Source: Balanoglossus misakiensis (lineage: Eukaryota; Animalia; Hemichordata). From it: 64,000 nt of DNA. Positions 12,512-60,898 of the stretch are shown one piece after another (positions within the stretch are counted from its first letter, which is position 1; each line of letters begins with the position of its first letter). The stretch lies in contig CM082586.2 of assembly GCA_040954595.2 (NCBI GenBank), positions 8,029,337-8,093,336 of the forward strand, written 5' to 3'. A program made the position numbers and the translations under genes. The notes below the pieces were generated by a model. The model did no database searches and was not told the DNA's origin. It was given only the letters and a program-made list of their open reading frames with translations.

Positions 12512-13353
12512 ATCTGCTGGCAAGACGACAAGTTGTTGAATTATCAAAAGATGACATACTGGAATTATCTGGTTTATTCGCAGTATTTAGGATCAATAGA
12601 ACTAACATGCCTGCATAAATTGACTGAAAATATTCACCTGAAATAGCCTGTAATTGAAGCCGACATTTATTTACTCGAGGAGCAGAGAGTTTGGGAGCCT
12701 TTATAGTTAACATTTGGGCCATCCCAAGAGGTCTTATGACCATAATACCCCTTTCTGCTTGGGATGGTCCATTTATTAAAACGTACGTATTTCCTAAAAC
12801 ATTATTGGGTAGGACGACAGACGTCTTCCGGGGAACAATTTGATCGATTTACTCAATTGTGTTCGTTTGCATGGACATCAACATGAAAAGAGTACGTGAA
12901 CTGGGAGGTAAACGCGTTCAAGAATTCATAACATAAAACAGTTTTGCAATTTTAGAAAGAGATTGGAATTGTCTTCATCGTACCTTTGAAACTGATACAC
13001 AAACCACTGCATAGTTCAAACATAGACCACTTCGCGGATAGGGTATCTGCAATGCATGATGGTATAATTTGCGTTCAACATAGCGTCTAGTACATGGCTA
13101 ACACACGCGCCCAACGCAAACTGCCCCACAACCCCCTGCGTTATTCTATCCGCGAGTGGTCCATGACTCGACTTTTTCGTATGTTTTTTCTGCCACTGCG
13201 AGCGTCTGTACCTTATATATGTTGCTATACATTCTTTTTTTACATGATTCATTGTACTCCTGTGTGTTCTACACATTTTGTAACTACATGTAAATGCTAG
13301 GAAAGCTATTTGGAGCAGAAAATAAAGTTAATTTTGAACATGTGTGCTTCAAA

Positions 13354-13476
13354 TGTATTTGATGACCTCGGGACTGCTAGTCACACCAAAACAGTCTGTT
13401 TTCCCTCGGGCTATGCCCTCGGGAAGACAAGACTGTTTTAGTTGTGACTAGCAGTGCCCTCGGTCATCAAAATACA
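13354..13476. mobile_element. Hairpin-type repeat element upstream of PFK
   Basis: Long imperfect inverted repeat around the loop CCCTCGGGCTATGCCCTCGGG. Similar fold-back architecture at about 28850-28938 and 30882-31012. Confidence 0.65.
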
Positions 13477-13982
13477 CTGTTGCCCTCATTGTCAGTCATC
13501 ATGTGTATACTGATAAAGCTGCAGTGTTATGTACATGGCCGCCTTCATTCAAGTTTTACCACTGAGGTTTTCGGAGGGACTGTTTTCACGGGGCAGCCTC
13601 GCTTGAACTGAACTCACACTGAAATAATCGTCAATGCCATACCAATGCAGTGAACATCACACCAAAAAATAAAGGTTACTGGTTACGTGTGTAATTCAAG
13701 CAAACTCTCGTCAGATCATTAGTCCTGACGGAGGCACCTGTATGTATGGCGGCCGTCCAGACCAACTTCAACTGTGTGAGCGCCACCATTAGGCTGAGAT
13801 GTGCGAAACGATCGCGAGCTCGAGTGACCTTTGACCTTTACCCCAGGTACTGGGGTCGAGTGGCGGACGATCTGCATAATTATTGTCGTCGGCGTTTTAC
13901 GTTTTTGTGGGCCTATCAAAGGGATTTCATGACCAGTCCAATCAAAAGAACCTTTAGCGGAGGGCAGAACAGTGATCCCAAG

Positions 13983-49712
<35,730 letters not shown>

Positions 49713-52700
49713 GAAGAGATCACACACCTGGGTTGATACCATCTCTATCAACTTTCTAGAATGATTCTCGTACATCTCCGTGGTTTAGATTTACAGGAGT
49801 TTTCAAACTTAATTATACACTGTAAAAAAAATTTACATTACATATGCTGTGGGCAGTGTTTGTTGAAACTTTACTCCAGTGTGGAGTGCTTGTCATTCAT
49901 AATGTTTGCCATGGTTACCACGTATAGATTCTAACCAGTGAAGTCTGTTGAGAAATGAATCACAGGCACCTTCACACTCAACTCGTAAAAAGCAGTTGTT
50001 TCATTTGTGTTGTCATGTAGATTTTATAGAAATGATATTCGTTGTTTTCAAGAGTGACAGATATAGCTTCTTCAACAAACACATTATTTTGACCCGTCCT
50101 GAACCCTGATTGAATTTCTGGAAATTGTATGGATTAGTTACATATAATTGATTGTTGCCAGAGAGGTAGTCCAATTGCATTGGAGGAATGCCATCATTAC
50201 ATCATCGAAGAACCACTTGGCAGTGTAGAATCTGTGTACTGCTATTGAACGTTCTGTAAAACTGGAAATTTTCACGAAAGATAACTTTTTGTGAACTTTG
50301 CGAGACCAAACAAAAAACACAAAAATAAATAGTCACGAAAGAAAAAAATGTGTACATTAGAATGTTATCGGAGATAAAGAGAACGCGAAAATTAATCGTC
50401 GCGGAATAGTCGCCTGTATTGATATCGCATGCATTTCCTGTCGCAAAAATTTCCAATTTTACGGTATTGCTGTTTACTACAAGGCGATTGACAGCATACA
50501 GTTCCTCGCATATGTTCATGGTTATACATGGCAAAATATCAACATTTATCACCCCAATGAGACAAAGATTATTTCAGAGTGTATCTAACATCAATTAGTC
50601 CATGATTCTTTAGTGCCAGTACAAGTTTAACTTTTCAATCCAAAAAAACAACACTATAAAATCAAAACTTATGAAAGTTGAAAGAGATGTTATTAGAATG
50701 CTGAGTGTTTGTAAATGACAACCATGTATAAAAAAAGAGATGTTCTATAATGTAAAACTTACACTTTGACATGGATTGTTTTAATACCAGAGTAATATTT
50801 ATATCATGTGGAGTGTTGTGTTTAAACTGCATCTAATAAGTATGTAGATGTGTATGAAGCTAACTGAAGTCAAGTTTGCATTTTTGTGAGAGTGCAGTGT
50901 TACATGACTCAGCTCCATCTTGAATTAGATTTTGTAGTTTTTGTCTTTTGGACATTATGTTGTGAGTCAGCGTTTGTGATTTGTTTTTTTATCAGTTGCA
51001 GAAAAAAAACTGTTCAACTTTGTACCCAGTGGTATAGATCAACTAATGCAATAGGCTTATTTACATGACCACCTTCATATCCAAACATTGTCATACAAAG
51101 GCCAGTGTGCCAACCATGTTAATCAACTTGTGTACACCGAATTATTTGACTCATCTTTGAATGAAAGTACATCGTCATTTGCTGACAAAAACAAAGCAAA
51201 ATTAATTTTCAAAACCAAATAACACATTTCAAAGGTCATGAACATTGCAAATTTGAAAAAAAAAGAAGCAATTTTTGAAAACTGGGAGAGTTGGATGAAA
51301 AGTTGATTGTTTTTCTACCATGCATGTATGTTATTGGTTGTAAGAATTAAATCTAAGTTTTTTGCTAGAAACTTTGTCATCTTGAAGTTAGTTTTTGTCT
51401 CCGTTTTGTAGTTATTGACTACATGCTTTTTTCATATTGAAAGAGATGTACAAGTTGAGATGATGATGAATCCTGTTTTCTGTTTACTCCAGAATGGTCA
51501 GTTTTGTATGGCCAACTAAACTGTACTCACATTCTTTGTTTCAAAACAGTTATTTAGACATAAAACAAGTTCACTACAAAATGTCAAAAAAAGCAAACAT
51601 CAAGGTCAATGTGAAATAAATGATAACACTATGAATACAATGAGTTCAATTATCCAATGGACACTGAGATACTCTTTTTATGGCTATTGAAAGTATAATG
51701 GTTAAAGGTCCACTATCTGTAACTTTTGGCTTTTTTTCTGTAATTTTAGTCTGTGTATGAAGCATAGGTTCTTATTCGACCCCCACAAGTAGAGATAAAA
51801 TTAAAATGCATGGTGTTTTTCTTGTGAACATCTGAACATAGCCCATTTGTTCAAAATGGCCATTGTTAATGTTTGACAATTGTTTGTCAACAATAACAAT
51901 GATAAGTACTCATGCACGTGACTTGTTGCAGAAAACTGTGCATGTTGTGATGCTATAGGAAGGAGAACATGAAAATGCAGTTGATATACAAAACACACAC
52001 ACACAAAATAAACAGAAAAAAGTATCCAGAAGTTACAGACAGTTAGCCTGTAACCCTTTCACTGTCATGGTTCAGTCCAAACCCATTGTTTTCTATGGTA
52101 AGGTTGGACGTCTTAAGAGAGAACTGGGCTGAAAGGGTTAAGACAGTAAAAGCTATCCATAGTTACTTCCTGAATAACAGAGTGACTTCAGTAGACGTTT
52201 TTTGTAAATCTCCATTACTTTGAAGTTGAAGTTACATGGACCACAAATCAGTCAGAGTTGAATTGTTAGCAGAGATGATTCCATCTAGAACTTCTTCTTC
52301 ATTTACCTTTGATCCCTGTTTGTCTGTACATTTAGAAATCCATTTTCCAACGCATCATTATATTGGCAGTGTTCAGATGTATTTTTGCTGTGTTGTTATA
52401 AATTCCTTGTATGTTTAAATACCAAAACCTTTTGTGTTTTTGTTCCCACTACATTTTCTATTTTTAGAATATTTGTCATTTTATACATTGTACCAGTGAG
52501 CATAAAAACTGCTTGACTTTCAAATGGTGCAGAATTCAAAAATGTTAAATTATTTTGACTAGTGTCTTGGCTAGCACCAAAGATGTGCTATTTTTTTTTA
52601 TTAGCTTTACATTTAAAACCGGTTATCAAAACCCTTACCACATGAAATTTGACAAAAGTCTCAACAGCGATATTCTTAGCCATATGGATTATCTTTCCAT

Positions 52701-53078
52701 AAAAGGTGTGCCATTGTGTTCAGTGTCTGTTTTGATTTTTCAGAGTTCTGCTATCCAATCACATCAACTCTCTACTATGCTATTTGCATATACAATCTCA
52801 ATACACCTGGTATTGTGGATTTGAATATCAAAATAGCTCAGCTTGAAACTCGACATTTAAAAATAAAAATAAATCTTTTGATTTTATTTTCCTTTTGTGG
52901 GTGTTTCATTCTTTTTCAGAGGTGTGAAATCTGTCTACATGTTCACAACTATTTCTTTCTTTCTTTCTGCACAGACTGTGCAATGGTTAATACATGTACC
53001 ACACTTCCTTTTATTGGCTCTGATTTGATGATATATGAATAGAACTGGGAGCACATAAAATATGTTGTGTGTTCCATC

Positions 53079-53079
<1 letters not shown>

Positions 53080-53119
<40 letters not shown>

Positions 53120-53128
53120 TGTGTGTGT
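53080..53128 (+). repeat. (GT)n(GA)n microsatellite
   Basis: Direct reading. Confidence 0.9.
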
Positions 53129-53961
53129 ATGTGGTAAAAAGTAAATGATTTATAGACCCAGGTAACATTTCTGCTCCCCATAAATATGACTGCAGTGGGG
53201 TCCCCTTCCTACGGTTTGAGTTGCAGAGTCTTCAACGAGTCTGTAAATATGTCTGCAGCGAAAACTTTTACATGCTGGACGAGTGGGAGTGTAAATGAAC
53301 GAAAAGGGCGCCCCCTCTGGAGTGACTAGTCTTAGCTGCTGGGAGTCTGGGCCCCTGTCCCGCTCCCACCGCTGGTCTAGACTAAACTGGTAACCGTGAA
53401 CTTTTCTATGGCGGTGAAGGCAGTCGATTTCAACCGTGGCAAATTATGGCAAGACAATGAAAAGTTAAGGTGTAAGGTAATTTATTTTCAAATCAAAATT
53501 TTAGTAAAGTATTAGGTATCGATTGTGTAGGGATAAACGATTAAAGTAGAAAAATAAACTATAAGTCGCATGCTGTTCTGAGAAGAACGCAATTTCTGTC
53601 GAGATATCTTCTTGGTCTCTATCTGGGTTAAAATGATAATCATGAAAACCATTGTACCTCTGTGACGAAAAACAATATATATGGGACATCTTTGTGAAAA
53701 GTCAGAAGCTGGAGGAAATGTCGGATTATTGAAACTCCCAGCACATTCATAGTATCAAACATGAATGCAAGTTTTCTCTGTTATAAAGTGAAGAAACTGT
53801 TCCGTTTGATTCGACAGATAGATGAATGCTGATTACACCGACGAATTCGAATATATACATGTATGTCCATCGTCCGCTCGCACGGCTTTCTTTCAGACAG
53901 CAAGTCTTTAGCGGGAGAAGATGATGTATGTCGGGAGACCCCACGCGCAGCACAGTCATTG

Positions 53962-56900
53962 TTATGGGCACGCTGTTGCCATGGCACCCGGTATGACGTA
54001 GAATCCAAAAGCCATTGGAGGCAAACTGATGGTGTCCGGTGGGAGAATGTGACGTGGTGTCAAATCGGGTAAAGTACTGTTCTGGTTCATCTTCAGTTCG
54101 ACTCCGTTCAAATTCACCAGACTGCAATTTAAAGTAAGCAAGAACATATTAAGCATGCGCAATGGGAAAGACATACCGAACAAACTGGCAATGCACTGGT
54201 TGAACGCCGGCAGCAGTGTCGGGAAATAATATTAAACGTAGAATTACAATAAGTGGTGACTTGTCCAAGCACTTAGTTACTTTGGATGTTAGAAACTATT
54301 TCTGGTTGGTTGAAAAGTTAACAGACGTTCGCATATTTCTTTTCTGAGCATCTGTGCTTCGTATTATTCCGAAACATGAAAAGTTGCCACACAATCTGAA
54401 AGACAAGTGACCGTACTGCGAGATATTTAGCATTGAATACGGAACACTGTACATCCAGAGTCACTGCATCTTAAGTTTTTAATCTTCCTGAAAATACTGT
54501 TCTCCATCAGACGAAACATGTGTATACCATATTTAAGATGAGGTATATGTACCGAAAAGCTGCCCAAACATGTAAATGGCTACATCACAGCAGAATGATT
54601 GCGTTCGAAGCTATTGATAGTTTCATGAGAATATAATGCCAATTTGAATATTTTCCAATATTTTCCCAAACACGAGAGCACACTCGGTTCACAAGTGGCA
54701 TTATTCTTGCTTGGGAATGATCACAATAACAACATGCAACAAAAATAATTTCTGTTTCAGTCTTGGAAGATGTTTATAGTGAGTACATTCGAGTCACTAA
54801 AACGCGTAGCAAATGTCATGTGGAACCTTTAACGCAACTATAAAAATTCTCACCGTGACGTCAGATCCTTTTCATCGTGAGGTGTCAACAGATATTCGTC
54901 CACGGCCAGCTTACTCAGTTCGTCGCCAAGTATTATTTCGGTGTTATGTTTTTTGTGTAAAGACATTGCATACATGGTGACGGACCCTGTTGGATACGCT
55001 GCACTGTGGTTAACAAAATTAAACATTAACTTGGTTACATTACATTTGATTATGTTATTGTGACATGGACATGAAAACATATTGTTATTTCTCTAGGACT
55101 GTGTTTCAACTTAAATCCGGGATACTATCAGTTCGACACCGGAGCGAGACTATAGGGTCAGTTACTAAAGCGGTATCTATGGTACGATTAAATGGGGAAA
55201 TGTCACCAACTTGGAGACAGAAATGCGAATTGTTTCGCGATATCACAGGCAAACGTCGAAAAATATCACATAATCAAGTAAAACAGTTTCAAAATGATAC
55301 ATGTGTATAAGAAAGAACTCAGTAAGAAATGGATGTAAAAGCAGGTCGCAGAAATTGGCTTTTTTCTGTCTAAATTAAACATATTGACTGATATATATGT
55401 TTAAGTATTACCTATTTGTACAGTGAGCGTACACTCTCACTTTATTGTCCACAGACGTATTGGATGATGTCATGTCCAGTGATAACACGTGACCACTGGT
55501 TGTCCGAACGGACAGCACAGTCGGGCCAACCAGACGCTTGTATAGAACAGATAGCCAGTAGTCCTTGGACAAGACAACAAAACAAAAATAAGATTTGTTC
55601 TGAAATGTTGAAGTTGTTGAGGATCGTGAGTTGCCTGGAACGTGTTGTATTTTAGACGCAATTTTGTTGTTAGAAATTGGACAAGATTATAGGCTGTGTT
55701 TTTCCTTTGATGTTATAACTATGTTAGCAATTGACACTGAGATCTGTCCAAGTCTTGGTGTCCGACACACCTTTTACCGACCAAGGGCGCCCATGTACCC
55801 CCCCCCCCCGTTGGTTGGGGGGGGGGGTACATGGGCGCCCTTGGTCGGTAAAAGGTGTGTAGGACACCGTGGACCAAGACTTGGGAAGATCTTCATTTCG
55901 TGAAAACATGAATCTCAGATTCGCCCTCTGAAGTGAAAATCGACCGTGGCAATTTCCACATTTGAAGGTAGAACAGTAGTCGTCATTCTGCTCTACCATA
56001 TTTTACATATTTTCATTATTGGGTCCAAACTTTACATATAGGAATAGCTGTAAGTTTTGGTTCTTTTTAGTATTTTTGTTCTGTGACCTTTGTTTCTTGT
56101 TCTGCTTCTTGCCTCATTCCGCCAGACAACATCTATGAATTTGTAACAACCATTATTGTTGACATATGAATTTCTGTCAAGTTATCACTAAAACAATATA
56201 CTAAATTCACATACATGTATATATATTGAGTTGATCAAATAAATACAAGAAAGTTCAACACACTTTCATTGTTTGGACAAGAAATATACACACATCAAGA
56301 CAATAAAAAAGAAAGGCAAAGCTACTGGAGTTTTAGATCTAAATACGACATTCGTCATTATGTGTACCTACTGGGTATGGGTTCAGATCATCGTCGATGA
56401 GGGCGTAGTGACCATGATAGAGTGTCTGTCTGATGACAAGTTGCAGACCGTGTGAAGCCGCTATACCAAGTTTATCAAGCCACCTGTGTCACAAATAGAC
56501 AGATAACCCAGTTCTTAGTGACTGTGGTGATCTATTACGAAGGCAAACGTTATGACCTATTCCATATTGAAAATCGGCTTTTTATGTTCACTTCAAAATC
56601 CGAATGCTAAACGACCAAAAAATCACTTGGCTTGTCTTCACGTTGTATTTGTGATACGGCAATAAGGCATAGTCCTACACCACGTCGAAAATAACTTTAA
56701 CTGTCGACCTCTGTCGGTCATTATGTTTCAATCCTGCCAAACAGGCCCAGTTATCAGCTGGAAGAATTCCATTGTTATATTCTGTGTTGGGTCACAGTGT
56801 TAAACAGCTTTTCAACGCCAAGAATTAGAAATTGTATCATTTCTTTCGCAGATAATTTGATTATACATCTCTATTGTCGACTGACTCTTAGCAAATAATA

Positions 56901-59900
56901 ATCATCTGCTAGAACGTTTCCTCGTCATTCAATGACACGTTCACACTTACATAAATCCTGCAGCATATGTGTTTGACAGGCTAGGTGCGCCACCCCCGTA
57001 GGCTGATGACGTTTCACCCAACCAAATGTCGGAGCCCGGGATGTAACGATCAACCACTTCTCGTACGTCTTGGATTTGACCAATCAGCAAGTCTAAAATA
57101 CGGTAATCCGTGAAGTTATCCAGCGTTGCTGTCCTACCGTTGACGTAATATTGGTGCCACGTGGTTGCATTTGTAACATTATGAGCTGATTTTAAGAACC
57201 TGAAAAAACGAAACCACCGTCGTTTGAGTCAATGAATAGTAAGAATATACCAGAATATTTTGATTGTATTCCACTCTTGCATAATCTTGTGAGTCTGGTC
57301 GCCATTAAAAATTAAAGCTTCGCTCCTTGAATTTAAAACTGCAAAGATGTCACCGGGAAATTATTCGGTTATTCGATCGAGTGATTTTCGTTTTGAGTGT
57401 TATAAAAATCGAAGTTAGCGTAAATATGGTCGATGTCAACACTTTCGCGTGTTGAGCGTGTGGAATCGCGCGCGAGAGAGCGAGAAAGGGCGGGAGAGAT
57501 AGGGAGAGAGGGAGAGGGGAGACAGACAGACAGACAGAGTAAGACAGACAACACCATAGTCAGTAAGAGATGCAGATGAGACAGGGGAGGGGGAGAATCT
57601 AATAGTTGTATGTCAGTAGTTTTTCGTAGTTCGGAATAACACATCCAGGGCAGACGATAGTTCACCAGCATTTGCTGTAGACTCGAGAATTGTCATCAGA
57701 ATGCGTTGTCAGAAAACTGTTCTGTTGTAGTACTGAATTTCGCCGACAAAGTTGCCACGGTCCAAAGGGTACATTTTCTTAACATTAATTTACCAGCAGT
57801 GCGGTTTGTGCAGGTTCATGTATGGCTTGTGTGCGGTTCTGCATACACAAGGGCCTGATAAACATTAGGGGATCATGGGACCACGCATAGTCCCAATATG
57901 ATGGTGAGTATGATATTCGTTCAAGTGAGCATGTACCCACAATTTTTGTTAACACGGTAAAACTTAAAACAGTTCCACATATGACTTACTCGTCGATATA
58001 TTTCTCAGCAGGCACCTCGAGTTGGCCTTTCTTTCCCTTGGGCTTGGTTGTATCTGGACCAATCAGGAGAGAGTGTCGCAACTCTTCTCTGCTGTTCAAT
58101 ATTCCTCGCAATGAAATGAAATCTTTAGCAAGTACACTGGCGTCCAATGGCTTCCCAACGGTGCGGAAGAAGCTATTCGGTTCTGTGTTGAAATAATTAC
58201 AAATGATTAGGGGAAGATAACTTAGAAAATAACAATACAGCGTCTTCATTCAATGCATATATACCCTACGGAATGGCATGAAGTGATCGCGAAAAGGAAA
58301 CACCAATTTCTGAATTCATTTACTGCAGCATATTTGTCCCCGTTTTCCGCTAAACTAAAATTAAAGAAATCAGACAAGACACTTCTTTAAAATCAAACAT
58401 TTTATCAAAAAGAACTGAAAATTATTGTTGAATAAATTACATCTCATTCTACTGCTGCAGAATAACTACAGCCAAACCGCAATAAAAGACAAGGACGATG
58501 ATAGAAAGACAGACGGGCAGGCAGGCAAGCAGACGGGCTGGCGCAATGACGGACAGGCAGCCATATCACTGTCCAGCTTATAATTACACCTTTCTACCGT
58601 CATCATAATAAGACAAGCGCCGGGGAGGTATAAAAAGACGCGCGGATTGCGAGTATGTCGCAAGAGTCGATGTGACTACTACGTCTCTTGACGTCATCAC
58701 CGTACGATACTCGAATGGTCAACCTCGCGGCGATGGAGCCTGTCCCCGGGAGATTTACCAGCAACACGTAAATTTAAATGTCGATCACTCTCAACAGCGT
58801 CGAAGACCAACGCGAGAAGGCGCATCTTCAGGGCCACGTGTCTACGCACGCGCGGTCACCAGGAGACGCTACTGTTGTTTTGCAAACGTCACCAGGACAG
58901 TCGCTCACACGGGCCGTTGGCTCGACCACAGTTTCGACCTTGACGGGCGGAGATGTCACGTCACAAAATGCAAAAAGGTCCTGTGACCCAACGAACGCTT
59001 TCTTACGTTGCTGTACTGTACTGTACTGTACTGTACTGTACTGTACTGTACTGTACTGTACTGTACTGTACTGTACTGTACTGTACTGGTATACTTTCAT
59101 TATTACTTACAAAAACTTACCATTTCCCAGCTCCCAGTCCACGCTGTAATTTTGCTTGATGGTATAATTCAACAATTCTATGGCGTTGCTGGCATCCCAT
59201 GTATTGTTATTGTGACGTAATAGGACGTTCAGACCAAAAATTAGATTCCATCCAACATCTCGGGCAAATCGATTTATGTTATCCCAATCTGAAACTATAA
59301 TACATACAGTGTAAGTAAGTCCCCTTCAGTACACGTTATGACGTCAATTGTACAGGATATGAAATATTTTCTAGCCGAGTGACACGAATTGTGTTTTATC
59401 ATGCACATCATAGCATAATAACTTTTGTAAATTTGTCATTTTTTTGAAAACCTATCGAGAATTAAGATCATCTCGGTGATAATTTGTATACAAGATCCAG
59501 AAATGGTCTTCGCAATCAGTGAACTAACCTTCTTGCGACTCGACTGACAGACTGATTACTTGCTGTCGAAAATCACGGATGGGAATTCACACAACAGTGA
59601 GTTGATTTTGTACCTGTCATTGTGAAATTTGTGAAGTTCTTCGCCGCCATGTTGTCAAGAGCGACGGTTTCGTTGAAAATGACGAAATCGGCTTCAGTTC
59701 CTCCCAAGCGAAGATAACACGGTGACAACGCCTTTGACAGTGTGTGCAGTCGCTCCGATCTGTTCTCAAAAATACGTGCACGGTTAGGGCGTTAGGTGGA
59801 ACTCATTTGTATCATAACATTTTGCTTCTGCTGATTCTGTTACTCGCCAAAGAACATCGTGTTACATGTGCATGCAGTGCATATCTGACATGAAATGCTT

Positions 59901-60867
59901 CTAACTAAAAACATAAACATATTTGACGATGACAGCGTTGCTAAATACATTACTAATCTGCCCACTCTTGACACGAGTTGGGAGATTGATGACAATGTTA
60001 GTATTACAGACGTACCAGCCCCTTCAACAATAGATAGGACTTCTTGCAAAAAACCGTGCGGCAGAATGGGAAAAAGGTGACAGGTTATAATGCTTGTCCG
60101 TTGTTTAGAAATTTCAAGGGCTAAGTCACTTGCCCGTGTACAAACCCGTGACGTTCAAACACATCTCTTTGCCCCTCCCTCCCACCCATCAATCACAGAA
60201 CATGCGCGCCCCTCCCCGCTCTCTTATCCCCCTCTCTTACGCTCATCACTGAAAACCCTGGAGATAATACTTACTTGAAGTCAAATGTTTTCCATCGGTC
60301 TTTGATCACGTTCGAATCTAAAGCGATAGAAAGGAACTTTGTGTCTACAGTTCTTATTGGTTGCTTAGTATCCATAGTAACTGTCACAGTTCGCGTCTCT
60401 CGGCTGTCTGTCATTTCTTGTAAGTGAAACTGTTGGCCGCGTTTCATCCAAAACTGCAATCTTGGGCTGAAATTATGAAAAATGATGATTCACGATCTTA
60501 GTCTGCAGGCTGCACAGAACATGACCCAGATTCATTTTGATGACCACACGTGTTTACTGTTTTCTTATTAACTCATGATTGCACATTTCTAATTCCACAT
60601 TTGTTACAACGAATTAATTTGGCACTCCTTTACTACGTAATATAATATGTAGATTGTAGTGTAACAAACTCTTGTTATCGGCCAGAATATTTATTTCCAA
60701 TACGACGTCTATATACTAAACGAAGCAGAGTACATGTAATATTGAACTTGGGTTCCCATTGGATCTTATATTTTAGATCATAAAATAAAATGTTAAAAGG
60801 TTTATCTGTAAAATTATATTTAACAATTGATATGAAAGCTATTGGATATACATGTATATACTCCAAC

Positions 60868-60898
<31 letters not shown>

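Noticed and set aside
58778-59220. ORFs with CTVLY / YSTVQ repeats
   Set aside because: Products of the stop-free (CTGTA)n repeat, partly antisense to a heparanase exon.
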